Source: an uncultured Methanosarcinales archaeon (lineage in GTDB: Archaea > Nanobdellota > Nanobdellia > Woesearchaeales > UBA9642). From it: DNA of 64,000 nucleotides. How positions within the stretch are numbered: the stretch's first letter is position 1; every line of letters starts with the position of its first letter. Below are positions 1-9,228 of this stretch, in pieces. The notes under the pieces are model-generated. The model worked only from the letters and a program-made list of their open reading frames with translations. It searched no databases and was not told where the DNA came from. The DNA lies in assembly GCA_964545585.1 (NCBI GenBank), contig CAZJFT010000001.1, forward strand, positions 6,056-70,055, written 5' to 3'. The position numbers and the translations under genes were made by a program.

Positions 1-1181
1 GCATATTCTTTATTATTCCATGCTTCTTTTGTTATATAGATTTTGTCTTCAGTCTGCGATTTCAATGTTGCCATGAACACTCTTCCTGAAGGTATCTCTC
101 CTTTTACGAAATCGACGACCTCTAAGTCTATGACTGCAGAATTCTGCTCATAGAATTTCTTGCAATGCATCAATGCAGTATCTATATTGACGCCATAATT
201 CACGTTTTTCAGGTAAAGGAATGGGAATATCCTATAGTTCGGCTGCATCTTAAGTTTAAAATTCGGATTGAAAGTTGAATGTATGGGGAAAAAATCCCTC
301 AACTGCTGCGAAGCCCTATTCAGGAGCAAAGGATCGTACAATAATTTTGTGGCATCCACCTCTTGAGTTTTTCCTCGAGCATCTTTTTCGATCTTAGGAT
401 ATAACGAAAGTGATTTAAGTTGTGCATCCACTTGATCATCTAGTGTCGAAGTCACTTTCATGTAGAACTGTTTCCTGCCTTTCTTGTCGGCGAACTCTAT
501 CTTTGTTTTTATGTCTATATTGTTCTTGAGCAGGGCGTCACGGCTTATTTTGCCTCTAGTCATATAATAGAATTTGTCGAACTCTTTTTCAGAAGAGAAA
601 ACCTTAGAAGTGTATACATTTATACGGAATTTTTTCCTGTCGAGCTTCTTCAACACGTCATTAGTGCACAATAATTCTAAATTCGTGAAGTTGAAAGTCA
701 CATCTTCATAGTCTATTTCAGGAATATTCGACAAGTCATCTTGTATCTTGCATAGTTCTTCTAATTGAAAGGACTCATAAGTTCTTGCTTTGTATTTTTT
801 TTCAGGATTCCTGAAGAATATCTGTTTGTTTTTGACGAAGAATTCTAGGTTTTTTGCATCTTCTCTGTTGCCCCTATGCCACACTATGAATGAACTGTTG
901 GAATCTTCAGGAAGATCAAATGATTCATTCGCAGAATTATTTTTTAGTTTGCCGTACGGCAATGCCTGGAATGAATTATCAGGATATTTTTTTCTGAGTT
1001 TAGAAACTAATTCTTGAGGAGCGATATTATGTTTTGATGGGATCAATTCCCTGGTTACGGTTATCCTCCAGAAATCATCAATCTTAGTCTTCAGTTCATA
1101 TGTGTCTGTATCAAAATACTCAACTAAGACCTTTTGGCCTTCATGACCGACAGGTTTTATGTCTAATATATATGAATCCAT
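1..1181 (-). CDS. Large hypothetical protein, 3'-truncated by window edge (>=393 aa, MDSYILDIKPVGHEGQKV...); possible DEDD exonuclease motif near the edge
   Basis: Hand translation gives an open frame from ATG 1181 to position 1 with a GGGGG RBS upstream; absent from ORF track because no stop is in the window; segment SAVIDLEVVDF resembles an ExoI motif. Confidence 0.75.
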   Translation of the reverse strand, partial: MDSYILDIKPVGHEGQKVLVEYFDTDTYELKTKIDDFWRITVTRELIPSKHNIAPQELVSKLRKKYPDNSFQALPYGKLKNNSANESFDLPEDSNSSFIVWHRGNREDAKNLEFFVKNKQIFFRNPEKKYKARTYESFQLEELCKIQDDLSNIPEIDYEDVTFNFTNLELLCTNDVLKKLDRKKFRINVYTSKVFSSEKEFDKFYYMTRGKISRDALLKNNIDIKTKIEFADKKGRKQFYMKVTSTLDDQVDAQLKSLSLYPKIEKDARGKTQEVDATKLLYDPLLLNRASQQLRDFFPIHSTFNPNFKLKMQPNYRIFPFLYLKNVNYGVNIDTALMHCKKFYEQNSAVIDLEVVDFVKGEIPSGRVFMATLKSQTEDKIYITKEAWNNKEY

Positions 1182-1320
1182 TAAACCCCCCATATGCATG
1201 AATATGAATACTATTTAAAAAATTAACTAAAGTATCTACTATAAAGTAAATAATATTTAATTGCAGGAGAAGAGACTGGCTTTAACAAATTTTTTAAACA
1301 AAAACATAAAACAAAAATAT

Positions 1321-3087
1321 ATGAAAGACATCTGGAACCTCAAGGACATAATAGGGAAAGAAAACATCAACAATATAATAACTACCATAAAATCTGACGT
1401 AGAAAAGTTCAAGAGATACAAGGGGCAACTAGACTCATTAGACGAAAACAAGTTGCTTGAAATTATTCTTCTTAAGGAAAAAATCACAGAGGACATGATG
1501 CGTGTGGAATCATATTACTCGTTGAGGTTCTATGAGAACACCAAAGACAATGAGGCGACAGCAAAACTGTCAATGCTCAAGCAGCTCGGAACAGAATTAG
1601 GCAATGAGACGATGTTTTTTTCTTTATGGTTCATGAAATTGGATGATAAAAGAGCGAACACATTCATCAACTCAAAAAAACTCGTGACATTCAAGCATTA
1701 CCTTGAGAGGATAAGGGTATTGAAAGACCATACATTATCAGAAGACACTGAGAGGATAATAAACCTGAAGAACATCGCATCCTCAGGATTCTTCGACATA
1801 TACGAGCATATAACGAGCAGTTTTGAATATGAGTTCGACGGCAAGAAGATAGGTGAAGAAGAGCTACGTGCAAAGTGTAGGGATCCTGATGCGAAGACGA
1901 GAGAAAAAGCATATAGGATGCTTCTTGAAAGGTATGCGGACCACAAGTCAGAATTGTCAGAGATATACAGGAATATCGTTCTGGATTGGTATAATGAGGA
2001 CGTAAACATAAGGAAGTATTCATCATCAATAAGCTCAAGGAACCTTAGCAATGACTTAGATGATAAAACCATAGAAGCACTGCTCAATGTCATAAGGAAA
2101 AACAATAAGGTGTTCCAGGAATATTTCAAGCTCAAGCATTCAATGATAAACAAGAATCTGAAGAAGGGTGAACAATTCAAGCTCTCAAGATACCACCTCT
2201 ATGCACCTTACACCATGAAACTCAAGAAGTATGATTATGAGTATAGCAAAAAATATGTCCTGGAAACATTAAAACAATTTGATAAGCGATTCTATGATGC
2301 AGCAAAATCCATATTTGACACTAAACACGTCCATAGCCATCCGCAGAAGAACAAGCGTGGAGGGGCATTCTGCAGCATGATAACAAACAAGCATCTGCCA
2401 TACATACTGTTGAACCATACCGATGACATGCGCGACATGTTCACGCTAGCACACGAGTTCGGCCACGGGATACATGACGTGTTGAGCATGAAACAACCAA
2501 ATCTTATACAACATGCACCTCTTCCATTATGCGAGACCGCATCAATATTTTCAGAGATGATACTTGCAGACAGGATACTGAAAGAATCAAAAAACAATGA
2601 AGAGAAGAAATACATACTCATGAATCTCCTAGACAACCAATATGCATCCATAAACAGGCAGGCATACTTCGTGATATTTGAGATGTTCGCACATGATAAC
2701 ATAATAAAAGGCATACAATTAGAGAATCTTGATAAAGAATATCTAGAACTGCTGAAGGAGCAATTCGGCACCATGAAAATACCGGAACCATTCAAGAACG
2801 AATGGAACTATATACCACACATACACGAGTATCCATTCTATTGCTATTCATATGCATTCGGCAACCTACTTGTCCTAGCATTATATGATATATACAAGAG
2901 AGCGCAGAAGACAGGCAATGGGAAAGAATTCATAGACAAATACGTGAGAATTCTTGAAAGCGGTGGATCAAGAAGTCCTAAGGAAATGCTTGCAGAGATA
3001 GGTATAGACATAACTTCTGAACAATTCTGGCAGAGAGGATTCAGGATAATAGAAGAAGAAGTCAAAGAATTGAAGAGATTGAAATGA
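1321..3087 (+). CDS. pepF: Oligoendopeptidase F (M3B zinc peptidase)
   Basis: N-terminal W-x-L, KRGGAFC, TLAHEFGHGIH zincin motif, ETASIFSE, W-x-x-IPH-x-x-x-x-PFY-x-Y-x-Y; start moved to ATG 1321. Confidence 0.93.
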   Translation: MKDIWNLKDIIGKENINNIITTIKSDVEKFKRYKGQLDSLDENKLLEIILLKEKITEDMMRVESYYSLRFYENTKDNEATAKLSMLKQLGTELGNETMFFSLWFMKLDDKRANTFINSKKLVTFKHYLERIRVLKDHTLSEDTERIINLKNIASSGFFDIYEHITSSFEYEFDGKKIGEEELRAKCRDPDAKTREKAYRMLLERYADHKSELSEIYRNIVLDWYNEDVNIRKYSSSISSRNLSNDLDDKTIEALLNVIRKNNKVFQEYFKLKHSMINKNLKKGEQFKLSRYHLYAPYTMKLKKYDYEYSKKYVLETLKQFDKRFYDAAKSIFDTKHVHSHPQKNKRGGAFCSMITNKHLPYILLNHTDDMRDMFTLAHEFGHGIHDVLSMKQPNLIQHAPLPLCETASIFSEMILADRILKESKNNEEKKYILMNLLDNQYASINRQAYFVIFEMFAHDNIIKGIQLENLDKEYLELLKEQFGTMKIPEPFKNEWNYIPHIHEYPFYCYSYAFGNLLVLALYDIYKRAQKTGNGKEFIDKYVRILESGGSRSPKEMLAEIGIDITSEQFWQRGFRIIEEEVKELKRLK

Positions 3088-3095
3088 TTGCTAAA

Positions 3096-3653
3096 TCAAG
3101 CATATCGTTTTGACAAGGCAAAATATTTATTGTAATCCATCAACCATTGCATGAAATTCCGTTCTTTGGTCATCCTATAATCGACATCTGACTTAACTTT
3201 TGATAATGATCTGGTGCAAAGTTCGACATTGTTCTGCAACGCATTTTTTATGTCCAATATAGGCGTATCACCTCTGAACGAATCGCCTCTGATTATGTAC
3301 TTATCTGCATCTTCTCCAAAGAAATTATTAAGCATATACCCGTGCCATTGCTCCTTAATAATCCGTTTTGCAGCAGGATCTAATAACTCGCCATCATTAT
3401 ATAGCTTAAGATTTGTCCGTATTGCACATTTCAGCATCTCCCTAAAATCTTGCTTATCCATCTTTTCAGACATGGCCTTCATCACTTTCGGAAAATCATT
3501 CACAAAGACAAAATCAGTCTTATAACTATCTAAGTATTGTATGTACGGAACATCAGGGTACTGTATTATTTTATCATAAAGAAGTATTTTTTCTAACGTT
3601 CTAGGCTTCTTTTCCGTTGTAATGTCTGACATCACGAATGTATCGGTCACCAT
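3096..3653 (-). CDS. Hypothetical protein
   Basis: 185-aa ORF filling the gap between pepF and rnj; no motif recognised. Confidence 0.65.
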   Translation of the reverse strand: MVTDTFVMSDITTEKKPRTLEKILLYDKIIQYPDVPYIQYLDSYKTDFVFVNDFPKVMKAMSEKMDKQDFREMLKCAIRTNLKLYNDGELLDPAAKRIIKEQWHGYMLNNFFGEDADKYIIRGDSFRGDTPILDIKNALQNNVELCTRSLSKVKSDVDYRMTKERNFMQWLMDYNKYFALSKRYA

Positions 3654-3768
3654 GTCATTTCCAGTTATGGAAGTATATTGTAATTCCTAGTATCAACTAA
3701 CGGCAGAAATCATTTATAAAATTTATGCAAAAAAATGTAAAAATATGTAAAAAAAATATGTAAAAACA

Positions 3769-5088
3769 TCATTTCAACTGTATCCTATGGCCATTCTTCA
3801 ATAGGAATACGTTCTTGTTCTCCCTATAGCCTAATTCTTCTGCAAGCTCCAGGAATTGCTCTGCAGTCGCTATCTCAGAATGTGTGGGGATTAGATTTTT
3901 CGGATTGATGATATTTATCAGATCCCTTGCATCCTCTCTAGCGCCATGTCCTGACACATGGATGTCACGGAATATCCTAACTTTTTTCTTCTTCAACTCT
4001 GCTTCCATCTTTTCCCTGTTCTTTATGTTTTCCTCTCCAGGGATTATCGTGCATGAGAATATGACTATGTCTTCCTTCCTGAACTTGAAATAATTGTTGA
4101 ATATCATCCTTGCAAGCACGGATTTAGGCTCTCCTTGATGTCCTGTGACTATGAAAACATAATCTTCTGGCTTCTTGCACTTCTTAAGGAAATCTTGCAC
4201 TTGCTGCCTATATTTTATTATCTTCCCAGTTTTTGAAAACTCTATCACTTTTATGTTCTCTCCTGCGCGCACATACTTCTCAAGACTTCTCCCTAAGAAG
4301 ACGACTTTCCTGTTCAATTGTTTCGCAAATTCCATTATACTTTTCAACCTTGCAAGATGGCTTGAAAATGTACTTACAATCATGGCTTTTCCCTTACTGT
4401 TGGTGGATATCATCACTTCCCTGAGAAGCTCCTTCGCCACAGATTCAGAAGGAGTCTTTATTGGCTTCCCGGCATACAATGAATCCATTATCATGACTTT
4501 CACATCCTTCAACTGTGACATCCTTCCAAGATTCGACTTGCTACCTAAAGTTGGTTGGTTGTCAAGCTTGAAATCATTCGCATACACGACTTTCCCATAC
4601 TTTGTATGTATCACGACCATCGCCGTATGTATCACTGAATGCGTGATGCTTATGAATTCTATCTTGATATTTTCAGATACCTTGAATATGCTATTCACAT
4701 CATGTGCGATAAGCTTGTTAGGGACTCGTATCTCCTTGTCCTCAAGCAAGACCTTCAACACCTCTATTGTGTAAGGTGTCCCATGTATCGGACAATCGAA
4801 TTCTGGCGCAAGGAACGGCGCTGCTCCAACGTGATCAAGATGTGCATGACTTATGCATATCGCTTTCACCTTAGGAACCCAATCCTTCATGACACGTATG
4901 TCTGGCACCGCCTCCAATTCCGTCAATGTCTTCAAAGAAAGATCGACATCATCGTCGTCTTGCGTATAATTTATGTAATTCTGCAGGTGCAATCCCATAT
5001 CGAGAATTATCACTTCATCATCAACCTTGACTGCTGTGCAGTTCTTTCCTACTTCTCTATAGCCCCCTACGGGCATTATTTCTATCAT
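3769..5088 (-). CDS. rnj: RNase J family beta-CASP ribonuclease
   Basis: GGYREVGKN, SHAHLDHVGA metallo-beta-lactamase motif, TFSSHLAR, TGHQGEP, HVSGH. Confidence 0.93.
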   Translation of the reverse strand: MIEIMPVGGYREVGKNCTAVKVDDEVIILDMGLHLQNYINYTQDDDDVDLSLKTLTELEAVPDIRVMKDWVPKVKAICISHAHLDHVGAAPFLAPEFDCPIHGTPYTIEVLKVLLEDKEIRVPNKLIAHDVNSIFKVSENIKIEFISITHSVIHTAMVVIHTKYGKVVYANDFKLDNQPTLGSKSNLGRMSQLKDVKVMIMDSLYAGKPIKTPSESVAKELLREVMISTNSKGKAMIVSTFSSHLARLKSIMEFAKQLNRKVVFLGRSLEKYVRAGENIKVIEFSKTGKIIKYRQQVQDFLKKCKKPEDYVFIVTGHQGEPKSVLARMIFNNYFKFRKEDIVIFSCTIIPGEENIKNREKMEAELKKKKVRIFRDIHVSGHGAREDARDLINIINPKNLIPTHSEIATAEQFLELAEELGYRENKNVFLLKNGHRIQLK

Positions 5089-5227
5089 TTTTTCCTCTCA
5101 ATTACTATATCGTAATTACTTTGTATTTTATATTTTTTTTATTTATTTATTATGTTGCTTTTACCTAATCCTATTTAACAACTTTCCTAATTCATAAAAG
5201 AATAAGAAAAAGGTTTAAAAATTTATC

Positions 5228-5767
5228 CTAGTTTTTGTTGAAAGGCGACATAACAAGATCATAACTATCTTTGTTCGGTTTTGCATAATTATGCTCGTTG
5301 ACCTTGAATTTCACCTGTTCTCTTGGACCGAATATGTCATTGTCTGAAATATTGGTATTATTCAATAGATCTGCACTTGAAACAACATTGCTCAATGCAT
5401 ACGGGACTGAATCATGATTTTTTGGCACAAGCTTTATCCCATAACCTATATCGTTGTCTTTGAAGATTTTGTCTAATTTTGTTAATCTCCTTTTAGGTAA
5501 ACCTACACCCATACTCAAATCTACAAATAATTCTGACCCAGCATAGTTTAACATTAAATAATCCTTTCCACGTATATCTGCTAATCCGGCAATATATCCC
5601 GGATTTCCTACTGTGATTCTGTTAAATGATTCATCCATAATCATAGTCAGATTTTCTTTCAAAAAAGGAAACTTATTTAGTGAAATTCTCGTTTTATCAG
5701 CTAATATCACTCCAGCTATAGAATTTACTATTTCTGTCGATTCTCTTGCAAATCCATTGTTATTCAT
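5228..5767 (-). CDS. Hypothetical protein
   Basis: ORF with GGAGGG RBS before ATG 5767; no motif recognised. Confidence 0.6.
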   Translation of the reverse strand: MNNNGFARESTEIVNSIAGVILADKTRISLNKFPFLKENLTMIMDESFNRITVGNPGYIAGLADIRGKDYLMLNYAGSELFVDLSMGVGLPKRRLTKLDKIFKDNDIGYGIKLVPKNHDSVPYALSNVVSSADLLNNTNISDNDIFGPREQVKFKVNEHNYAKPNKDSYDLVMSPFNKN

Positions 5768-5880
5768 TATAATCCCTCCAATAAGCACAAGTGTGCTATA
5801 AGTATCGTTTAGGATACCCGTCTCTTTAAAAAGTTTGTGATTATTGAAGAGTAGTTACAAATAAGCCGTATTAAGAAAAA

Positions 5881-6033
5881 TGCGGGGGGTAGGACATTCG
5901 CCGTCTATTACGGATTCGAACCCACGAAGGCACTAAGCCAACAGATATCTCAACTATCCATATGCGAATAGCGGATAGGCATTTGCCTCAGAGTGCTTGA
6001 GTCTGTCCCATTTGGCCACTCTGGAACCCCCGC
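5881..6033 (-). tRNA. tRNA-Leu(CAA) with two introns (37/38: 5947-5995; 59/60: 5895-5914); CCA not encoded
   Basis: Acceptor GCGGGGG/CCCCCGC-A, anticodon arm ACAGA-CT-CAA-G^A-TCTGT, long variable arm, T arm GTGGG-TTCGAA^T-CCTAC after removing both inserts; each insert forms a bulge-helix-bulge; T-run follows. Confidence 0.93.
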
Positions 6034-6094
6034 ATGAACAGAAGAATTAAACAAGGATTTATAAAACTTATCCTGACGCAATTATACTACGCGC

Positions 6095-6526
6095 TCAACC
6101 TAGAGCGATCAATATCGCGCCAGCAGTAATCAATGCTGCGCCGATACCTACTTTTAGAGAGATATGCTCGCCTAGAAATATAAGCGCGAGTATGAGCGCA
6201 AAAACAACACTGAGCCTATCAATAGGAACAACCTTTGACACTTCACCCATCTTTATAGCGACGAAATAAAACAACCAAGACAACGCGCCTGCAATACCGC
6301 TCAAAACAATGAACAACAATGCTTTGCTGTTCTGCAATATCGGAGAGATATCCTTGAATTTACCCTGGACCAAAATCACACCAATCAAGAAAAGTGCCAT
6401 TATTACTGCGCGGATAGCAGTGGCCGTATTAGTATCTATCCCTTGCAATCCTATTTTACCAAACAATGCAACTAATGCTGCGAAAACTGCTGACAATAAT
6501 GCAAACAATAACCACATGTAATCCAT
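6095..6526 (-). CDS. EamA/DMT family small membrane transporter
   Basis: Five hydrophobic helices, GEVSKVVPIDRLS and LGE motifs. Confidence 0.88.
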   Translation of the reverse strand: MDYMWLLFALLSAVFAALVALFGKIGLQGIDTNTATAIRAVIMALFLIGVILVQGKFKDISPILQNSKALLFIVLSGIAGALSWLFYFVAIKMGEVSKVVPIDRLSVVFALILALIFLGEHISLKVGIGAALITAGAILIALG

Positions 6527-6581
6527 AAAACAAAAAAGAACGACTTACTTAAAATATTTTTCGGAAACAGTCTTTAAGAGA

Positions 6582-7007
6582 TTATTCCAGTCCACGCAGC
6601 TTTGACTCTATTGCTGCAAGCGATGCTTCAAGCTTATGAAGTTCTGAATGCTGCTCGTGTTTGCCTTCATGGTCTGGCGCGTGTTTCTCTGCCTGTTTAA
6701 CGGCCTTCTTAGGAACCTTCTTCTCGACCTGCTTGTTTCTCTTGAAAGAGCTCATTATTTCTGTATTATAGTCAGGCAATTTTTGGGATAGCCTATTGTT
6801 CAAATAAGAAAGCTCTTTTATTGATTGCTTAAGACCTTCTAGATGCTTCAGCTTCTCCTGCCTTATCAGCAACAACTTATGATAGTTCTGAAGACTGACC
6901 AAGCTCTTCTTAGTGGATTCTAGAAGATGTCTTCTTGTATCTAAAGGACTCTTTACAGAGACATAATAAGACTCTTCATCCCTTGAAACTTTCTTTTTTG
7001 CCGCCAT
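6582..7007 (-). CDS. Hypothetical coiled-coil protein
   Basis: Beta-strand (YYVSV) + long helix, low-complexity linker, C-terminal amphipathic helix; third gene of a tight operon. Confidence 0.75.
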   Translation of the reverse strand: MAAKKKVSRDEESYYVSVKSPLDTRRHLLESTKKSLVSLQNYHKLLLIRQEKLKHLEGLKQSIKELSYLNNRLSQKLPDYNTEIMSSFKRNKQVEKKVPKKAVKQAEKHAPDHEGKHEQHSELHKLEASLAAIESKLRGLE

Positions 7008-7020
7008 CTTCAAACAACAC

Positions 7021-7242
7021 CTAGTCATTATCGAAGAATGCACTGTCTATGAATGCAAGCCTCTTCGATATCTCATTGACGTTCTTCTCCCATTCCTGCA
7101 ATTCCTGGTCCTCTTGTGTCTTCAACTCTTTTATCCTTGCCAATTCCTGCTTCGTCTCCTTCAATTTCTTCTTCATGACATCTATTATATCAAGGACTTC
7201 CTTATAATTGTCAATCTTCACGAATACGGGTACGTTTTGCAT
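7021..7242 (-). CDS. Small coiled-coil protein (PVFVKIDNY motif)
   Basis: 73 aa, AGGTGA RBS, heptad pattern; similar to C-terminus of upstream gene. Confidence 0.8.
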   Translation of the reverse strand: MQNVPVFVKIDNYKEVLDIIDVMKKKLKETKQELARIKELKTQEDQELQEWEKNVNEISKRLAFIDSAFFDND

Positions 7243-7252
7243 AATATCACCT

Positions 7253-7996
7253 TTAAGCGAACACCTTTTTGTCTATCATAAGCATCTTCTTGTAAAGAAA
7301 TTCCATATTATCTTTACATGAATTGATAGTTAAATCCTCTTGCTTGAACGTCTCAAGAACCTGGAGCATCTTCTCATCCTGCATGACAAGTATCTTCTTC
7401 ACATCCTCCATTTCCGAGAATACCTTGCTATAATCCGTGCCCTTGACGAAAACATCATAAGGGACATCGTCAGGAACATGATGCTCAGGCAATTCTACAT
7501 CATCAAATTCGGGCACATCAAATGATTTTCCAGAATAATTTCCCGATGGGGCTTCTGGCAAAGTTATCGGCCCGGCCATAACTGCTGGCCGCGGGGGAGT
7601 TATACCGAAATCTTCCATTGTCGGAGGCTCAATCTCCTCCTCATAGTATGGCTCGTAATGCTCCCAGTCCGGCTCCTTCCATTCAGGGTCGGATAAGAAT
7701 AATTGGTTTATATCTGTTGAAAGGTCTTCTGGCATAGAATGTAATGCATGATCATGATATCCTCCTGCTTGAGGTGCATTGTCAGAAGGCAACGAATAAT
7801 CTTCAACAGGTGAAGGGACAGCGACAGGCTCTCGTGAAGAAGAATCTTGTGGATAATCATCCAACGAAGGAAGCGTCAACTCATTTAAATTCGAACCATC
7901 TACGTTCGGCAGATCAGTGTTCAAACTACTCAGATCCGGAGACTGCACAGTAGGGACAGATGAATCTTTCTTCTTCAAGAAACTAAATAATCCCAT
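7253..7996 (-). CDS. Pro/acidic-rich protein with N-terminal amphipathic helix and C-terminal coiled-coil domain
   Basis: MGLFSFLKKK start with GGGGTG RBS, disordered P/D/E-rich middle, C-terminal VFVK...IDKKVF domain. Confidence 0.78.
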   Translation of the reverse strand: MGLFSFLKKKDSSVPTVQSPDLSSLNTDLPNVDGSNLNELTLPSLDDYPQDSSSREPVAVPSPVEDYSLPSDNAPQAGGYHDHALHSMPEDLSTDINQLFLSDPEWKEPDWEHYEPYYEEEIEPPTMEDFGITPPRPAVMAGPITLPEAPSGNYSGKSFDVPEFDDVELPEHHVPDDVPYDVFVKGTDYSKVFSEMEDVKKILVMQDEKMLQVLETFKQEDLTINSCKDNMEFLYKKMLMIDKKVFA

Positions 7997-8148
7997 AAAC
8001 ACCCCTTTTTTACGACTTTAATATGAACTACCTCAGAGAATAATACTTTTAAAGACTATTAAAAGTTTTCTTATTATTGTATAATAGTGAAGATTTCTGT
8101 CCGAATGTTTTCTGACGGAAAATTTTTATTCAAGAAAAACATACATCA

Positions 8149-9147
8149 ATGATGCACGAAGTTAAAGAATTCTTCAGAAAAACTGGAAAAAACAATATCG
8201 TTCAATGCAAATTATGCCCGCATAACTGCAATATAGGAATAGATAAAAAAGGTCTATGCGGGACTAGAACAAATAATGGCGGGAAACTCTACAGCACGGT
8301 ATATGGAAGGCCATGCGCGATACACATAGATCCTGTGGAAAAGAAGCCATTATACCATTTCTATCCGGGATCCGACATACTGTCCGTTGGAACATTAGGA
8401 TGCAACCTATTTTGTAAAGGATGTCAAAACTATGACATCAGCAAAGGACCTATGAGAGACTTCCCATATGTCGAACCTGAAAAGATTGTTGAAGAAGCAG
8501 AAAATAATGATACAAATATGATAGCATATACATACAATGAGCCTACAATATTCTACGAATACATGATAGACATTGCAAAGCTTGCAAAGAAAAGAAAGAT
8601 GAAGAATGTCATCGTGAGCAACGGATTCATAAATGACGCGCCTCTGAAAAAACTCTCGAGATACGTCGATGCTGCAAACATAGACTTGAAAGGGTTTAAT
8701 GAAAAATTCTACAAAGAGTATGCGAATGCAAAACTTGAGCCCATACTGAAGAACCTCAAGACTATAAAGAGAAGCGGGACATGGCTGGAAGTTACGAATC
8801 TAATAATACCTGGATTGAACGATGAAGAATCAGACATACAAGAGATGTGTCTTTGGATTAATAAAAACTTAAAGGACACCCCATTACACCTCTCAAGATT
8901 TTTCCCATATTATAAAGCCTCAGAAAAAGAGATCACGCCTGAAAAAACACTATATAACGCAAAAAAGGTCGCGATGAAGAGCGGGATAGGCCATGTCTAT
9001 ATAGGTAATATCGGCAACTATGACAACACATATTGTAATAATTGCGACAATCTTCTCATAATCAGGGATCGTCAAGTGAGAGTTATAGGCATAATTGACG
9101 GCAAGTGTATTTCCTGTCGGAAAAAAATACCTGGCGTTTTTAATTGA
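8149..9147 (+). CDS. amrS: AmmeMemoRadiSam-system (PflA-like) radical SAM enzyme
   Basis: CKLCPHNC, DPVEKKPLYHF, GCNLFCKGCQN (CxxxCxxC), AYTYNEP, HLSRFFP, C-terminal CxxC pairs. Confidence 0.9.
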   Translation: MMHEVKEFFRKTGKNNIVQCKLCPHNCNIGIDKKGLCGTRTNNGGKLYSTVYGRPCAIHIDPVEKKPLYHFYPGSDILSVGTLGCNLFCKGCQNYDISKGPMRDFPYVEPEKIVEEAENNDTNMIAYTYNEPTIFYEYMIDIAKLAKKRKMKNVIVSNGFINDAPLKKLSRYVDAANIDLKGFNEKFYKEYANAKLEPILKNLKTIKRSGTWLEVTNLIIPGLNDEESDIQEMCLWINKNLKDTPLHLSRFFPYYKASEKEITPEKTLYNAKKVAMKSGIGHVYIGNIGNYDNTYCNNCDNLLIIRDRQVRVIGIIDGKCISCRKKIPGVFN

Positions 9148-9228
9148 AGGACACGAATTTCGACTTCTCCGCAGGATTTCCGAAATCTGCATAGATATCA
9201 ATTTTAATTCCTTCTGAATAATCCATCC

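Noticed and set aside
3728..3767. Short AAAATATGTAAAA repeats
   Set aside because: Low-complexity A/T tract after rnj, consistent with an oligo-T terminator
5947..5995. C/D guide RNA inside the tRNA anticodon intron
   Set aside because: One CTGA is present but no convincing box C in a workable arrangement
8094..8121. Imperfect palindrome upstream of amrS
   Set aside because: 10/12 match, single occurrence; could be an operator but is unsupported
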